Part shown: piece by piece, positions 25,665 to 36,369 of the stretch | How positions within the stretch are numbered: position 1 is the stretch's first letter | How the letters are laid out: every line of letters starts with the position of its first letter | Origin: Felis catus | Taxonomy: Eukaryota | Direction of reading: 5' to 3' | Assembly (NCBI RefSeq): GCF_018350175.1 | Contig: NC_058368.1 | Location: forward strand, 2,108,001-2,172,000 | Length of the DNA: 64,000 nucleotides | The notes under the pieces: generated by a model | Told to the model about the DNA's origin: nothing | The model's database searches: none | What the model saw: the letters and a program-made list of their open reading frames with translations, nothing else | Made by a program: the position numbers and the translations under genes

Positions 25665-26547
25665 CGTTATGCCCAGAATTCGTGATCCCCAAAGACCACC
25701 AGGGAGCCGAGTCCGATGCAAAAGCAAAGAGCCTTCATTCGAGCTAGCTCGAGCTCAATCACCTACCTGCACCGACGCAGCAGTGAGATGCCGGAGAGAG
25801 AGAGAGAGAGCGAGTTTCAAAAGCAAAGTTTTTAATGGGATCATGGCCTTAGCCGATTGGCTGGGGAAGGGTCATGGCCTCAGCCGATTGGCTAGGGAAG
25901 GGTTGTGGCCTCAGCTGATTGGCTGCCAAAGTGTGGTCCCAGATCTGCAATTATCAGCATCACCTGAAACTTGTTAAAAATGCAAATGTTGGGCCTGGTG
26001 GTCATAGACCCATTGAATCAGAAACTCTGGGGGTGGGGCTCAGCAATCTGTGTTTGAACAAGTCTTCCAGGAGATTCTGATGCACCTGAAGTGTAAGAAC
26101 CACTGTGTCTGAGGGTCTCTAACATGTTTGGCCTCAGTGTATACAGAACGTTTCTCACTGGTCACCTATGAACCATTGGCTGTCAGCCTTGCTGTGCTAT
26201 ATAAATACCTAGCACCAAACACCATCCCCAGAGACTCTGATGAGTTGGTTTGGGGAGGGGTAAAATGCTCCCAGGTCATTCTAAGCCTGGACAGGGTTGA
26301 GGGCTCCTGCCTCTGGCCCCTACCTGAGAGAAGCCCTCCCTCTTCCACTCACACTTTCCACGCCTCTCACGCTCCCCTTCCTCCCACCTCAGACTTCGGA
26401 AGAATGCATCAATCGGTAGCCTGCTTTCTTAGAAAACATAAGTTACTCAGGGGGAGGAGGTGTGGTCTGAGGTTTGAGCGGGAACCTCTTTCTGCGGCCA
26501 TGTTGGGGACACAGTCACTAGTCGGCCGGCCTAGGTCTGGTCTTTCA
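25665..26547 (-). mobile_element. Gammaretroviral-type (ERV1) solo LTR with internal host-derived segment
   Basis: Minus strand starts TGAAAGACC and ends CATAACG; 4-bp TSD ACGG/ACAG (25661-25664, 26548-26551); three tandem CCAAT units; degenerate TATA and poly(A) signals. Confidence 0.85.
25926..26105 (+). mobile_element. MER5A (hAT-Charlie) inside the LTR
   Basis: caaagtgtggtccc...atcagcatcacctg...gaatcagaaactctgggggtggggc...gaaccactg; left TIR clipped. Confidence 0.88.
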
Positions 26548-26604
26548 ACAGCTCAGAGCCTGGAGCCGGCTTCAGGTTCTGTGTCCACCTCTCTCTCTGC
26601 CTGC

Positions 26605-26635
<31 letters not shown>

Positions 26636-28305
26636 AAAAATTAATAAACATTAAAAAGATTAAAAAAATCTTTGAACTTAGAACCGTACAAATGACAAAG
26701 AAGGGGTGTCTGACACATTGGTAGCCTTGTACAGAGATTCCCCAGCCTCTTGAATTTCAAAGCTCATGAGCTTTTTTTGCTTGTTTGCTTCCCATGTGAC
26801 CCTAATGTGTAGCCAGGATTAGAAACTTCCGGTTTAGAGGTTTGAAAAAATACCACCTAAATGTAACACGCCAAGTCACCATTGTTGAAGTGATACGGAG
26901 TCCCCATTGTTTTCACAGCACGTCTCCACCGTCACAGCACTGCCGACAGCCCTCTGCTGTTTCCTGTCCCACAACGGTGTCTTCCTGGACCCGTGCCAGG
27001 GACCGTTGTCTTCACCTGGCCTGTAACCGCCCCCCTGCTTGCCGCCTTTCGGGAGCCTGGGATTATGGCTGATCCCCGCTCCTGAAAGGCGGCGACTTTC
27101 CCTGGGCGAAACCAGGGGTGCCCACTAGTTACCGTCTTCTCTCTTGGCCGCCATCTGGAAATGTCTTCCGACAAGCCTACCCGTTTACTTTTCCTCTTTT
27201 CCCGGCTGAGACCTTAGGATTTTGAAAGAAACCGATTTAAGTATATATTCTCAGGAACCTGAATTGGTTGCCAAGAATGCTGAGTCACACCCCCGATGAG
27301 GAGGATTTTCAGCAGGAAGAAATTTGCTCCTTCGCGTGCCTTCCTGTAACAGAAAACGTGACCGTTGCAGTAGGTGAGCAAATGCTTCCATTTTGAATAA
27401 GTTATGCCTCAATTCCGTACCACCTCATATTTTAAAATACGTTGTAACGTTTAGTCTCGGAACAAGACAGTGTCACAACCGTCAGGGTGATATTTGTGAT
27501 GCGGGAACGAACAAGAACACCCAAAGCTATCTTCTTTCTTGTTGAGAACAAAAGATACAAAGTGGGTGAATGACTCAGGTGGCCGGTGAGTAATGCCTGG
27601 CCTGGAGTGGTTGTTGCCATCCTTTCAACGTCCCAGGGGCACATTTGGTGCAGACACTGCATTTTTGGCGGTCCTGTGGCTGAAGACTCTTTCTCTATTT
27701 CCCTCCATCGGAGGCTACCGGGATCCGTTAGAGGCACTGCCCTGGACACCGGTCTGGGGCTGTAGGTGGCGTGGAGGCGGGCCCGCGGGGTCCACTCTGC
27801 TGGCGGCCGGTGTTCCTCCACACTAGTTCTGGGACACGTCCCGCCTCTTCTGCCCACCGCCCGCCTCGCTGGGCAGCTGCCCATTTTCCAGACCTGACTC
27901 ATCAGGCTTCTTGGTGGTCCTGCGAGTTTTCCAACTTCTTTTCGGTCAGTTCCTTTTCTTAACTTGGCTGGAGTCTTTTTTTACTCGCAGAAGAGCCCCA
28001 ACCACTACAGTTTCCTATTCCAATGAAAATAAAACTCACACTCCTGCCGTGGCCTCCAGCAGGTGAGTTGGTTCCCTGCCCACCTCTCAGCCTCATCTGA
28101 TTCCTTTCTCTGCTCTGTCCTCCCTACTCCCTCCTGGCTCTTTTCGGTCTCCAGTGCACTCTGGCTGAGGCACCCCAGCTCCATCCCGGAGCTCTTCTGC
28201 CGGGAACCCTCATTTTCCGGGTCTGCTCCCTTTGCCTCAACCAGTAGAATTTCAGAGCGCTTTGCCCTATTTGTTTCCGTGTGAAGGCACCATGATCTAA
28301 AATCC

Positions 28306-28309
<4 letters not shown>

Positions 28310-28348
<39 letters not shown>

Positions 28349-28350
28349 GT
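28310..28350. repeat. (GT)n microsatellite
   Basis: Direct observation. Confidence 0.95.
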
Positions 28351-28903
28351 CTTTGTGGTGTCTTTGTTGTCCTTCACTTCTTTTCTGTCTCCTCTACCCT
28401 AAGGTCCTCGTGGACAGGGAAGTCATCCTTCTTCACTACTCTATGCTTAGCACCTACGATGGTAGTAGTCATGCATAGGAGAAGGTGCTTAGTAAATAGC
28501 TGTTTAAATAAATGAGTCGGTTTCCAGTGTCACAGTACTTTTATTTGATCTTCACAATAATCTCGTGAGGTAAATGTATGCTTTATCATATCCATTTCTC
28601 AGGGAGGCCATGAGGCTTGCCTTCAGTCGGCAACTAACAGGGGAAGAACATGGCTCATATTAGTTTCGATTTCATTCCTTTTAAAAACCTTATGGAAAAA
28701 ATCTGATATTCTTCACACCATACCATACTTGATAAACATTAAAAAAAAGCATCGTAAAAAAGATATTACTTTTTCCTTCAAAATAGAAACTTCTAAAATA
28801 CCTAAGCACCAAATCCTCTCTTCACAATGTCCATGAAAACAATGCCAATTGTTCAAGCCATATGTTTTGGGACCTGCCCATTCATTAGATTAAAATAATG
28901 GCA

Positions 28904-29770
28904 GGGGCGCCTGGGGGGCTCAGTCGGTTAAGCGTCTGACTTCAGCTCAGGTCATGATCTCATGGTCCGTGAGTTCGAGCCCCGCATTGGGCTCCGTGCT
29001 GACAGCTCAGAGCCTGGAGCCAGCTTCGGATTCTGTGTCTCCTTCTCTCTCTGCCCTTCCCCCGCTTACGCTCTGTCTCTATCAAAAAATGAATAAACGT
29101 TAAAAAAATAAATAAAATAAAATAATGGGAGCAGATATGGAAAGAAGTAAAGGGATTTGAAAATGAAGGGCAGGACCAACATGGCTTGCTGATAGGTTGG
29201 ATACAGAAGATGAGAGGCATCCAGGCTATACTAACTAGGTTGCCTGTTTCATGACAGTAATTTGGGACCGTGTTCTGAACCACAACTTGGCCTGCTCCAT
29301 TTCTGTTTGTTTGTTTGTTCATGACAGTAGATAAATTCTGAAGACTATCAAAACTCTCTGCTCTGCCTCTGTGATCCTAATATTTGTAGTGTAGGAGAGA
29401 TCTTACATCAAATATTTCATTGATAACACAGATAAATGGAGGTTTTATATTAAAGGAACATTTTTGCCTGACAACTTCAGATTTTAATGGTGGTGGTAGT
29501 ATGGACCTAATTTTTAAATTGAATGCCATTTAATAAAATGCAGATACTGAGGCACCTGGGTGACTCAGTTGGTTGAGGGGCCAATTTTGGCTCAGGTCAT
29601 GATCTCCTGGTACATGGGTTTGAGTCCAGCATCGGGCTTTGTACTGACAGCTCAGGGCCTGGAGCCTGCTTCAGATTCTGTGTCTCCTTCTCTCTCTGCC
29701 CTTCCCCCCCACTCACACTCTGTCTCTGTCTCTCAAAAATGAATACACATTAAAAAATCAATCAATCAAT
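28904..29770 (+). mobile_element. Two CAN-SINEs (about 28904-29125 and 29550-29770)
   Basis: SINE consensus features; unique sequence between them. Confidence 0.9.
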
Positions 29771-29845
29771 AAAACACAGATACTGGCATTATGATTATAT
29801 AGGAGAGAAAATAAATTTTGAGATACTTACAAAGTTTTAAAAATA

Positions 29846-31889
29846 CAATAAAACCTTGGTTTGCCAGAGAAACATGGTTGTGATCTGAGGCACTTGTATA
29901 TCAAAGTGAATTTCCCCATAAGAAATAATGAAAACTCAGATGATTCATTCCACAACCCAACATAGTCATATAAAAATTATTAAATACTGTAATATAATAC
30001 AAACTAATAAAGTACAAAATATAAAGAAAAATAAACAAATTGACCTACACTTACCTTTGAAAACCTTTGTGGCTGGTGTGAGGGAGGCAAGAGAGGAGGG
30101 TAATCGGGTAGGACGGCTTTCACTACCACTAACAGAATCACTGCTATCTATTGCTCAATGGACTCTTTTTCTTTTTGTGCAACTTTAACAAGAAACCTAT
30201 CCAATGACACTTGCTTTTGCCTCCTTTGGAGGATTTCACGGAAATGGGACATTGCGTTGTTAAACAGATTCATCACTCGCACTTCCACAGCCTTACTCAA
30301 GTCGTGTTTTCTACAAAATTTTGCATTGTTTCCCACATTTTACACATCTCCCTAATCTCATTTGAGGTGGGGGATTCCTTTGCCTTTTTTTCCTCCTCCT
30401 CTGCAGATGAGATGCAGATGTAGACTTCGTATAAAATCTTGCAATTTCGTACAAATCAAAACCACAAAGAGATACCACCTCACACCTGTCAGAATGGCTC
30501 ACATTAACAACTCGGGCAACAACAGATGTTGGCGAGGATGTGGAGAAAGAGGAACCCTTTCCAACTGCTGGTGGGAATGCAAACTGGTGCAGCCACTCTG
30601 GAAAACAGTATGGAAGCTCCTCAAAAAATTAAAAATAGAGCTACCCTACGACCCAGCAATTTCACTACTAAGTATTTATCCAAAGGATACAAAAATACTG
30701 ATTCGAAGTGGTACATGCACCCCAATGTTTACAGCAACACTATCGACAATAGGCAAGGTACGGAAACAGCCCAAATGTCCATTGACATTTGGATAAATGG
30801 ATGAAGAAGATGTGGTATATATACACAATGGAATATTACTTGATGATGAAAAATAATGAAATCTTGCCATTTGCAACAACGTGGATGGAACTAGAGTGTA
30901 TTATGCTAAGCGAAATAAATCAGAGAAACAAATATATGGGTTTCACTCATACGTGGAATTTAAGAAACAAAACAGATGGACATAAGGGAAGGGAAGAAAA
31001 AATAAGAAAAAAAACAGAGGTGGAGACAAACCATAAGAGACTCAAATACAGAGAACAAACTCAGGGTTTCCGGCGGGGTGTTGGGTTGGGAAATGGACTA
31101 AATGCACGATGGACATTAAGGAGGGCACTTGTTGGGCACTTGTAGCACGGGGTGTTACATGGAAATGATGAATCACTAAATTCTATTCATGAAATCATTA
31201 TTACACTATATGTTAACTTAGATTTAAATTTAAAATTAATTAATTAAAATTTTAAAATTAAAATTTAAAAAAATCTTGCAATTTCAGCCACTTGTACTTC
31301 TTGATGATTTCCTTCTTAACTTCCACCGTAATCATCTCCTTCTTCTCTGCTGCCTTTCTTTTCAACCTTTTTCTGCATGGGGGGGCCACTGTATATGCTC
31401 ACATGGATGCTGACTACAGCACAGTATTCATAAACTCTTATCATATACTGTATTTAATGTAACTGGCAATAAGGCAGCAGAGGAAAGGGTCTATATCTGC
31501 AGGCGGCCTGACCTAGAATGAAGCAAAGCATTCCTAAGCTTACTCTTGTATGGAAAAGCAAAGGACTGCCCATAGGTGCTTTGAAGTGACAAAAAATACA
31601 CTAGTGCCAGTTGCAGGCACCTTCAAATGTTCTGAAAAATCACTGATTTCTGTCGAAACCGTGGTCTGAGACTGAGTGTCAGAGAATGGGAGACAATGAC
31701 ACATAATCCCACAGTGAGGGAGAGAGAGAGAGAGAACCATTGGTTCAGTTGTGATCATGTGATGTTCGGCATCACATACTTCTCATGTTGCAAGATGTCA
31801 CTCGTTTATCAAGTTAAAATTGATTAGAAATGTTCGCTCATCTTGTGGAACACTTGCAGAACAGGTTCCTCGCAATCTGAGGTTTACTG
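29846..31889 (-). mobile_element. Internally deleted Tigger/pogo-type DNA transposon, interrupted by L1
   Basis: Imperfect TIRs (CAATAAAACCTTGGTTTGC / CAGTAAACCTCAGATTGC) flanked by TA; remnants of CENP-B-type HTH (MITVEVKKEIIKKY..VAEIARFY) and C-terminus (HFREILQRRQKQVSLDRFL). Confidence 0.8.
30449..31269 (+). mobile_element. 5'-truncated carnivore L1
   Basis: ORF2 C-terminus (QIKTTKRYHLTPVRMA...[13 protein letters not shown]) plus 3' UTR; 16-bp TSD AAAATCTTGCAATTTC at 30433-30448 and 31270-31285. Confidence 0.95.
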
Positions 31890-32519
31890 TACTTGTAAAT
31901 CATAGTAAACATGCATAATTTTCTTACGGTACACCTCTGGTCTGAAAACCAAAAGTGGATTTGTGATAAGTCCTAGGAGTTAAATTTCACAATTATTTAA
32001 TGAAAGTCACAATACAAATTATACTTCATGTAATATTTAGTAAAGAAATTTGTGTCAGCCCATATACTGGTGAATAACCTGAATAATGTTTATGGTTTCA
32101 TACCCCTTATAAGATTGAAACTGCTTGTAAAGATCTAAAACAAGCAGTTTCTATTTCAGTAATTTTTATATGCTTCATAAAAAATTTCTTAAGAGATTTT
32201 TTTTGCCCTTGGGGCACCTGGCTGGCTCAGTCGGTGGAGCATGTGACTCTTGATCTCAGGTTGTGAGTTTGAGCCCCATGTTGGGTGTAGAGATTACTTA
32301 AAATCTTAAAAGAAAAATAATTTTTTTGTCCAAAATGAAATGATTTTAAGGAATTATTCCATTGCAACTTGTAATATTTTAATTTGGTAGAAGAAAAGTT
32401 TATTTACTAAGGTAAATGATATAATGATCAAACCTAAGTGATATAATGCTAAAAATGAGGAGAAAAATAATATTTATATATTTATTTATTTATTCATTCA
32501 TACATTCATTCATTCATTC

Positions 32520-35500
32520 CTTTTTAAATTTTAATTCCAATATAGCTAACATACAGTGTTATATTAGTTTCAGGTATACAGTACTGTGATTAAACAATTC
32601 TATACATTACTCAGTGCTGATAAATGTACTCTTAATCCCCTTCACCTATTTCACCCACTCCTATACCCACCTCCCCTCTGGTAACCATCAGTTTGTTCTC
32701 TATGGTTAAGACTCTGTTTTTTCCTTTGTCTCTTTTTTTCTTTGTTCATTTGTTTTTTCCTATCCTCCACAGATGGGTGAAGTCATATGGTATTTATCTT
32801 TCTCTGATGACTTGACTCCATTTAACATTATACTCATTAGATTCATCCATGTTGTTGCAAATGGCAAGATTTCATTCTTTTAATGACTGAATAATATTCC
32901 ATTTTGCATATATACCACATCTTTACCCATTCATTTATCAATGGACACTCGGGTTGCTTCCATAGTTGGCTATTGTAAATAATATGCTGCAATAAACATA
33001 GAGGTGCATATATGTTTTTGAATTAGACTTTTTGTATCATTTGGGTAAATACCCAATAGTGCAATTACTAGTTCATATGGTAATTCTATTTTTAATTTTT
33101 TGAGGAACCTCCATGCTGTTTTCCACAGCACCAGTTTACATTCCCACCAACAGTACAAGAGGGTCCCTTTTCCTCCACATCCTCACCAATAGTTGTTTCT
33201 TGTGTTTTTGATTTTAGTCATTCTGACAGGTGTGAGGTGGTATTTGTAGTGGTTTTGATTTGCATTTCTCTGATGATTAGTGATATTGACCATCTGTTCA
33301 TGTGTCTGTTGGCTATCTGCACGTCTTTTTTTGGTGGAATGTCTGTTCCTGTCTTTTGCTGATTGCTTAGTTGGATTATTTGGGTTCTGGGTGTTGAGTT
33401 TTATAAATTCTTTATATATTTTAGATATTAACTCTTCATCAGGTATGTCATTTGCAAATATCTCCCATTCAGTAGGTTGTCTTTTTGTTTTATTGTTTCC
33501 TTTCCTGTGTAGAAGCTTTTTATTTTGATGTAGTCCCAATAGTTTTTTTCCCTTCCCTTTTGTTTTCCTTGCCTCAGGAGACATATCTATAAAAATATAG
33601 CTACTGCTGTTGTCAGAGAAATTACTGCCTGTGCTCTCTTCTAGGATTTTTATGGTTTCAGGTTTCACATTTAGGTCTTTAATCCATTTTGAGTTTCTTT
33701 TTGTGTATGGTGTGAGAAAGTGGTCCAGTTTCATTATTTTGCATGTAGCCATCTGGTTTTCCCAACACCATTTGTTGAAGAGACTGTTTTTTTGGCATTA
33801 ATTAGTTAATCATATAATTGTGGGCTTATTTCTGGGCTTTCTATTCTGTTTCATTGATCTATGTGTCTATTTTTGTGCAACTACCATACTATTTTGATGA
33901 CTATGGCTTTATAATACAACTTAAAGTATGGAATTGTTATGCCTTCCAGTTCTGTTCTCCTTTTTCAGGATTGCTTTGGCTATTTGGGGCTTTTTGTGGT
34001 TCCATACAAATTTGAGAATTGTTTTAGCTCTGTGGAAAATGCTGGTGGTTATTTTGATAGGGATCAGATTGAATGTGCAGATTGCCTTGGGTAGTATAGA
34101 CATTTGCCAAAGCAAAAAAAAAAGGGGGGGGGTACATACATCCCAATATTTGTAACAGCATTATCAACAATAGCCAAATTATGGAAAGAGGCCAAGTGTC
34201 CATCTACTGATGAGTTGATAAAGAAGATATGGTATATAAATATACAATGGAATATTACTCGGCCATCAAAAAGAATAAAATCTTGCCATTTGCAATGACA
34301 TGGATAGAGCCAGAGTGTATTATGCTAAGTGAAATAAGTCAGTCAGAGAAAGAAATATACCATATTATTTCACTCATATGGAATTTAGGAAACAAAGCAG
34401 ATGAACATTTGGGAAGGGGGGAAAAAGAGAGAGGGAGACAGAAGTAACCCATAAGAGACTCTTAATGATAGAGAAGAAACTGAGGGTTGATGGAGGGAGG
34501 GAAGTGGGGAATGGGCTAAATGGGTGATGGGTATTAAGGAGGACATGTATTGTGATAAGCACTGGGAGTTATATGTAAGTGATGAATTCTACTCCTGAAA
34601 CCAGTATTTCACTATATGTTAACTAACTAGAATTTAAACAAAAATTTAGGGGAAAAAAACCCACAATATTTGTTCTTCCAATCCAGGAGCAGGGAATGTC
34701 TTACCATTTGTTTGTGTCATCTTCAATTTCTTTCATCAATGTTTTATAGTTTTCTGAATACATGTCTTTCACATCCTTGGTTAATTTATTCCTAGATATT
34801 TTATTATTTTTGGTGCAATTGTAAATGGGGATGTTTTCTTAATTTTTCTTTTTGCTGCTTCACTATAGTGTATAGAAATGCAATGGATTTCTGTATATTG
34901 ATTTTGTACACTGTGACCTTACTCGATTCACTTGCCAGTTCTAGTAGTTTTTTCGTGGAGCCTTTAGGGTTTCTGTATATAGTTTCATGTATCTGCAAAT
35001 AGTGAAAGTTTTACTTCTTCCTTACCAATTTGTATGGCTTTTATTTCTTTTTCTTGTCTGATTGCTGTGGCTAGAACTTCCAGTACTATGCTGAATAAAA
35101 TTAGTGAGAGTGGACATCCTTGTCTTGTTTCTGGTCTTAGGATACAATCTCTCCATTTTCCACCATTGGGTATGATGCTTACTGTGGTTTTTTTCATGTA
35201 TGGACTTTATTATGTTGAGGCATGTTCCCTCTAAACCTACTTTGTTAAAGGTTTTTAATCATGAAAGGATGTTGTACTTTGTCAAATACTTTTTCTGCAT
35301 CTATTGAAATGCCTGTATGGTTTTTGCCCTTTCTCTTCTTGATGTGTGTGTTTCAAACTGATTGATTTGTGAATACTGAACCACCTTTGCATCTCAGGAG
35401 GAAATCTCATTTGATCATGGCCAATGATTTTTTAATGTATTGTTGGATTTGGTTTGCTAATATTTTTTTTGAGGATTTTGCACCTATGTTCATCAAAGAT

Positions 35501-35552
35501 AGTGGCTTATAGTTCCTCTCCTTCGTCCTCTCCTTCTTCTTCTTCTTCTTCT

Positions 35553-35583
<31 letters not shown>

Positions 35584-35700
35584 TGTAGAGTCTTTATCTG
35601 GTGTTGGTATTACAGTAATGTTGGCTTCATGGAATGAATTTGGAAGCCTCCTCCTCTTTTATATTTTAGAATAGTTTGAGAGAATAGATATTAACTCTAG
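32520..35700 (-). mobile_element. Carnivore L1 (3' UTR plus ORF2 RT/C-terminus), with nested (+) L1 3' fragment about 34106-34663 and (TTC)n at 35533-35575
   Basis: ORF remnants RQGCPLS...LSLFAD and KLDHFLTPYTK.NSKWIKDLNV. Confidence 0.93.
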
Positions 35701-36369
35701 TCAGAAAAACATTTGCCTATTATAAAATAATTTTATTAGTCTATGGAACCCCAAAATATCTGTAATACTCAACAGGTATATTTTTATAAAAAAATGACAA
35801 CCCATATTAGTGAATTCCAGTTTCAAATTCTGGCCACAATTCTTAGTTTTACAATTTTGTAATTCTTGGTTTGCCAGCCTACTGGAAAAAAATCACTCAA
35901 TAGTGTGCTTGATCACTTCAAGGTATGATATTGAATCTCCCTTTAATGGACTTTGAAGTCCCCAGGCATGAGGTCCTCCATTAGTAAATTGGGCAGTTAG
36001 TGCATTGACTCCTTTAGGCTATTGGAGACTATTTAGGAACCATTTATTAAATTGCATAAGGCTAAAACATTGAGATGTTTGCTTAGACAACTAACTAATT
36101 ACCAGGAACTATATCAGACATTATGTAGAACTTAGTTAACTTAGGCTGTATGAAAGTAAAACAAAGTAAAACTGTAAAAATTGAGATTTTTTTGATATTC
36201 AATTACATTTTTTATTAATATATTTCATTTTTTCTTTTCCAGTGAGATGAGAACTCCTTATCTGAATGCAATAGCTATATGAATTTAAGAAACAATTAGC
36301 TTTTCCCCGCCCCTGTCATTTCTTTCTTTGTATGGGATAAGACTTCTTCCACCTCCTTTCAAATTTTCC

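Larger units (their letters stand above)
25565..26668 (+). mobile_element. CAN-SINE split by an LTR insertion (25565-25664 and 26548-26668)
   Basis: Halves rejoin as ...tgtgctgacag-ctcagagcctggagcc. Confidence 0.9.

Noticed and set aside
25841..25925. CRISPR-like spaced repeats
   Set aside because: Contiguous tandem units with no unique spacers, inside an LTR in a mammalian genome
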